Below, piece by piece: positions 56,891-64,000 of a stretch of 64,000 nucleotides of DNA. This DNA is from the human T2T-CHM13v2.0 reference genome, Homo sapiens. Both the position numbers and the translations under genes were made by a program. The stretch is from assembly GCF_009914755.1 (NCBI RefSeq), contig NC_060925.1; one strand, given 5' to 3'. The notes under the pieces were generated by a model. That model made no database searches and was not told where the DNA came from. It saw nothing but the letters and a program-made list of their open reading frames with translations. Every line of letters starts with the position of its first letter. Position 1 is the first letter of the stretch.

Positions 56891-57171
56891 TCTTCCTTCC
56901 ATTCATTCGGGAGATGCTTAGGGAAGCAGATATACCAGATTCAAAAGGATTTAGACCCTCGCTTGGTCCTTATGTCCTTTTCTGTAATGGTATTCTCACC
57001 TTTGGGAAATGAGAATTAGTAGGGAAGGAAGTGTGCATATAGCCAGGTCCTGTCTGTTTTTAAATAATCCATCTTTTTGATTTTAGATTAAAATTTCTTT
57101 TTACAATATATAATTTAGGCCAGTAATCCCAGCACTTTGGGAGGCCTAGGTGGGCGGATCGCCTGAGGTCA

Positions 57172-57477
<306 letters not shown>

Positions 57478-57484
57478 TCATAGT

Positions 57485-57883
57485 AATAACAATAACGAAG
57501 TACCACAAACTGGGTGGCTTAAACAACAGATATTTATTGTCTTACAGTTCTGGAGGCGAGAAGTCTGAAATCAAGTTGTCAGCAGAGTTGATTCCTTGTG
57601 AAGGCTGTGAGGGAGAACCTGTTCCATGCATCTCTTCTAGTTTCTGGTTGCCTCAGATGTTCCTTGGCTTGTAAATGATGTTCTCTCACCGCCTTCACAT
57701 CTGTATATGTCTGTCTGTGTTCAAATGTCCCCTTTTTATAACACTAGTTATATTGGGTTAGAGCCTTTTCGAATGACCTCATCTTAAGTTGATCATTTGT
57801 AAAGACCCTATTTCCAGATAAAGTCACATTCACAGTCCCTGGGGTTAGGACATCTTTCTGGGGGATACAATTCATCCTATAAC
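57485..57883 (-). mobile_element. MLT1 (ERVL-MaLR) LTR
   Basis: taccacaaactgggtggcttaaacaacaga...cagttctggaggc...aaagaccctatttccagataaagtcacattc. Confidence 0.85.
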
Positions 57884-57893
57884 AAATGGTTTA

Positions 57894-58210
<317 letters not shown>

Positions 58211-58319
58211 TCAAAACAAATGGTTTAGTCACTTTGTAACCTGGACAGAGGAGTGAACATATATGAAATTAACTTTCTTTGGTCTTTTAAGATTTATTAC
58301 TAAGATTTAACTAGAGTTA

Positions 58320-58609
<290 letters not shown>

Positions 58610-59897
58610 TCAAAAAGAAAATAAAAGCTCTTCTTGTCCTGCTAATTCTGCATTTTGATTTTTGGCAGCATTTAGGAAAGAGCTGAGGTGGACCTGGTGT
58701 GTAGCGTTGGTGGGAGTTCCTTCGTTTTCTGGGCTGAATGATTTAATAATAATATAATAGTGGCTTTCATTAATTTCTTACTATGTGCCAGGAATGGACT
58801 GTGTTAAGCACTTTATATACATTAATCCACTTAATTCTCATGATAACCCTGTGAAATAGATTATCTCATTTTGCAGAGGAGAAAAGTGGGTCTCAGCCAG
58901 TGAAATAACTTGCTCAAGTTCTCTCACCCAGTAAATGGTAGAGCAGTCATTTATGTGTAGCTCTGTTGGACTTCAGAACTCCAGCTCTTAACTCAGTATA
59001 TACTTTTCCTTCACTTCCTTGAATAGAACTGTTTGGCTTGAGTCTCCTTTTCTCTAAAAACTCCTAGTTCTGGAATGGTGCCAACTTAAGGGGTCAGGGA
59101 AGTGACCTTTACTTGTGTTCCTTTGAGCTGTTATTGTTTTCATTGGGAAAGAGAATGTGAAGTCAGTTCACATTTCTTACCTACTGGTTGCAGTCTTGCC
59201 ATGGGGCCCTAGTCAGATGTGAGATGTTGTAAGTTACTTAAAAAAAAAAATGTCCTAGTGATTAAGAGGAAAAAACATAGGCCTGCTATGTTTATGTAAC
59301 TCTCTTTTGTATTATTACAAAATTAAACATGTTCACTGTAATACATTTAAGCAGAAATTACAAAGAAAAAAGTAAAAATTCTCTTTTCTAGTCTTTATTT
59401 TCTCCACCTAGGCCCACTGGTCAGGGTAACCACTGTTCAAGCTTTGGTTTGTATCCTTACAGGTTTTTTCTTGCCAGGCTTGCTTTGGAACTGCACCTTT
59501 ACATCCTTTATATTCCTTTAGGTTGGTTGTGTCTCTTCTTGACTCATGAGCCTTACCTCTTATTTATTTTTATTACCATACATCTGGCTTACATTTTTAT
59601 TTTTTATTTTTTTTTTAGAGACAGGGTCTTGCTACATTGCCCAGGCTAGTGTGCAGTGGCTGTTCACAGGCACCATCATAGCACAGTGCAGCCTCAAACT
59701 CCTGGTCTTAAGCAGTGCCCCCTGAGTAGCTGAGACTACAGGACTGCACCACTGCACTGGGCTGCCTTACTTTTGAGTCTCCCTTTGATACTTAAGAGTT
59801 CTGCCATAGGGCCAGGCATGGTGGCTCACGCCTGTAATCCCAGCACTTTGGGATGCTGATGGATCACAAGGTCAGGAGATCAAGACCATCCTGGCTA

Positions 59898-60137
<240 letters not shown>

Positions 60138-62183
60138 TCACCTCCTGGTAAAATTTTACTTACCTTTGAAGCTCAGTTCAAGTCCTCCCTTTTACATTAA
60201 TCCACTGGAAAGCTAACCCATGATAACTCATTCTGCTTCATAACTCATAGCATTAATTTCTACCACTCATTTGCCAGTTGACCATGAAATGCCGTGTATC
60301 GTCACTTGTATTTTATTATTTGTTATTTAACTTATCACACATTTGCCCAGTTAGATTGTGCTGCTTGGGCTCATGGTGATTTATTCTTTCTAGTCCCAAT
60401 TTTGCCTAACACAATGTCCTACATTTAGCAAGTACTCAGTAAATGTTGATGTGATTGGATTTTGTTAGTACTTCACACCCTTCTAAAGATCAGGTGCTTA
60501 GAGCCGGAAGCCTAAGGGAACACTTACCTGGCTGACATCATCTTGGCTGCCTGTCAAGATGGGGTGTGTGCCTGAGAGAACTGCCCGTAAATGAAATACT
60601 TGTGCAACAGGTTATGTTTTCTCCTTTAGTGGGTGGGATTCAAGACTTCACATTGGGAAAAAGAGATAGTAAGTGTAGGAAGAGGGCTGAAAAGGGGATG
60701 GATGGGAGGATGCTACCTTGTGAGAGGTGGGGATATGGCTTTATTAAAAACATAAATATTAAAGGCTGGCGTATTGCAGAGAGAAGCTTCTTGGAACCAG
60801 CAGGCTAATTAGGCAAACTGGCTTCTCTGGTGCAAACCAGTTGTTAATTGCCATTTATTTTCTTTGCTATAAAACTGTACCAGCCATCTACTTACTTTCT
60901 CATTAGAGTGAATCTGGAGAAAAGGCTTAGGTTAGATTTAGGAAATCCAGGAGAAAAATGCAGGACAGTCAGAGTAAGACCAGGGATGGGCATAATCCTT
61001 TCTCTCACTTGTCTTACCAGCCCTAGACCTTAAGGGTGGCCAGGACCTCCTTGCATTTGCCAGTAGAGGTTGCTATTGAAGTAGTGTAAAACCTCTTGTT
61101 TCTATTCCTGCTAACTCCTTTTGCCCCATCTTATTTTTCTCCTTCACTGACACCCTCCTATCACACACACATTATTGGTTAGTTATCATTCCCATCTCTG
61201 AGGTTCAGATATGCAGTGGACCACCCTGCCTTTAGCTGTCCAGACTTTGACTGCAACCTGTCTTTCTATTCCACTCCTCCTCCCCTCCCCCAAATGATTT
61301 GAAATGGAGAGGAAAGGAAATGGAGTTTGATGGTTTTAACTCTTCTGTGGCTGTGGCTTAGGGAGCAGAATGTTTTGATTGCTTGATTTAGGGGTCTTGA
61401 GGTCTCCTAATACAATATTCTTTTTGTTAATAGAAAGGCCCCACTCCATTTTTTTTTTCTCTGAGTATTTTGGACTCAAAGTCTTGTGTTGAAATGTCGG
61501 TACCTGCCCCCGAAGGGGAAAAGATCCCTTTCAGAGTTTATTTTTCCCCCCCATTCATGGGGAATTCTTCTCATTATCAGAAGATGAAGATTACTGGTCC
61601 TTTGAACAGAGTATAAATATAGCCAACACCCTAATATATTTCTAATGATTGGGCTTTAGCTTTAAAAACATTAGGCTAGATGCCTCCCTATTTTTTGTGG
61701 CATGATTTAGCTGTAACTAGCCTGGAGGCAATAACAATACTAAATGACCTTTTGTAGTCACATTAAACATTGAAATGGTACTGAGACTGCCTTGGTGGGG
61801 AGTTTTGGCCTATGGGAATGATGTGGGTTTTGGTTTCTACTCCTTTCTCTGTTATCAGATAAATCCTCCTACATGTCCCATTCTCTGGCTCTGGGAAGTA
61901 CTGACAGTAGGGAAAAGTTAGTACACTCATCTCATTGTTCAGATCAAGTTTCCTGGGTGCGGTTTTGCAGAACTTCCTACAAGAGCTGACTCAAGAGTTC
62001 TCTTCTATTGTGGAGATGTTCCTGCTCTTATATGTCATACTAATTTATATCCTTGAAATTTTGAGCAGCATCATTTGGATGTGTTAAGTTGGGAATGAAG
62101 AAAGTGAAAATATTTTCAGAGATTCCTTGAGAAAAGGGTTCCTTTTGCTGGGTAAATCAACGTTCCCTAGATGCTGTGGCTAA

Positions 62184-62444
<261 letters not shown>

Positions 62445-62537
62445 TAGCCAGGCTGGTCTCTAACTCCTGACCTCAGGTGAACCACCCACCTCAGCCTCCC
62501 AAAGTGCTGGGATTACAGGTGTGAGCCACTGCGCCCG

Positions 62538-62573
<36 letters not shown>

Positions 62574-64000
62574 GACAGAGTCTTGTTCTTTCACCCAGGC
62601 TGGGGTGCAGTGACATGATCATAACTCACTGTAACCTTGAACTCCTGGGCTAAAGCGATCCTCCTGCCTCCATCTCCTGAGTAAGCTAGGAATACAGGCA
62701 CATGCCATCATGCCCAGCTCAGTTTTATTATTTTTTTTTTTTTTGTAGAGACAGGGTCTCACTATGTTGCCAAGGCTGGTCTTGAACTCCTGGCCTCAAG
62801 CTATCCTCCCACCTAAGCCTCCCAAAGTGTTGGATTATAGGTGTGAGACACCTTGTCCAGCACCTGTTTTTCCTTTTTGATGTCAGATCCCTCTGAATAA
62901 CAAGTTATTTGCCTTTTTTTCCCTCCATAAGACTGTGAGCACCTTGAGAGCTGCGAGAACATCTCACTTATCTTTGTATCTCTGATGTTTAGGACAGTGT
63001 CCAGCTCAAAGTGTCTATAAATGTATGTTGCATTGAATAGTGGAGGGAAGCTTTAAATACATTTACTGCAGACAGATGTATGCTTAGCATATTTAATTGG
63101 GAGACATTATTAGAAAGTGGAGATGGATAAAGAAAGGAATTTTTGTGGATATGATATAGAGAATTTTTGTTTCCTAAGGATTTAAAATTTTTGTTTGTTT
63201 ATTTATTTGTTTATTTTTTAGAGATGGGGTCTTGCAGTGTTGCCTAGGCTTGTCTTGAACTGCTGCCTTCAAGTGATCCTCCTGCCTCAGCCTCCTGAGT
63301 ATGTGGAATTACAGGCATGAGCCACTGCACCCAACTTGCCTAACAATTTTTAGAGTAACAGTTATTTTGCGGTTCCTTTACGTGGAGAACCTTTAGAAGT
63401 GTTCCATCTGACTACCTTGGACAAGGCACTGTGACCTTCTTTGTAGCAGAGACTAAAGACACCTGCCCATTTCCCTCAAATGGAGGGATATCCCTCAGTA
63501 AAGGAAGGAGCTCAGAATTAGATTGGGGGTAGAGAAAGGAAGCATTGAGTCCCTCCTAGCCCTGCACTGTGGAAATGTAAAGCTATTATTATGATAATTG
63601 CTGTTGGCAAACAAGAAAATTCTCAGCCTCTGGTTTGTACCTACACCCAGTCACAACCTCAGGTTGGGTGGATGCAGACTTTAAATATTGGGGTCACCTG
63701 TAGCTGTTGGAAAAGGTCCCTGTGGTTTCTCTGGGTGTTGTGCAAGCATTACTTTTTGGCTCTTTTCCCTGTATCCATCAGTAAAAAGTAGGAAGTTTGA
63801 GGAGCTGTGCTTTCGGTTGGCATTAGGCATTGGAGTGCCTTTATTTCCTACATTTAACTGGTAAATATCCAACACTCCATAACAGGATGGCCCTGCTTGG
63901 AAATTCTTACCTAGGGAGTGACTGAAGCCTAAGAGGAACTGCACAGCCCCCTGTATTGAAAACGGAGTAGTCATTTCCTAGAGCATGGCTTGGATCCTGA

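Overview
Alu-rich primate genomic DNA, most likely human. It covers the upstream region and 5' end of MACF1 (microtubule-actin crosslinking factor 1 / ACF7, a spectraplakin) on the + strand. CpG island 1 (~12.4-13.6 kb) holds a non-coding first exon ending at a GTAAGG donor (12942). The coding exon 15565-15836 encodes MSSSDEETLSERS...SVLDPAERAVVRVA. CpG island 2 (~36.3-37.6 kb) holds an alternative first coding exon (ATG 37017, MAGYVPGQQPANRSQEKEFVQAYEDVLERYK). Both coding exons end in phase 1 and should join a shared CH1-domain exon outside the window. The rest is intron or intergenic DNA packed with Alu, MIR, L2, L1 and LTR fragments, and almost all ORFs in the track are Alu or GC-rich artefacts. 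I found no convincing new gene or system. The most notable observations are: (i) a candidate MIR-derived 55-nt cassette exon that would switch the reading frame of a near-cognate upstream ORF in the MACF1 leader; (ii) a TSD-flanked U6/L1 chimeric retrocopy next to a tail-less Alu with a palindromic end; (iii) a tail-less pre-tRNA-Glu(TTC) 5'-half retrocopy with a 17-bp direct repeat; (iv) an Alu-mediated ~0.5-kb tandem duplication; (v) paired RFX X-boxes and a perfect NRF2/BACH ARE in intronic non-repeat DNA. Gene and repeat-family assignments are from recall, not database searches, and repeat boundaries are approximate.
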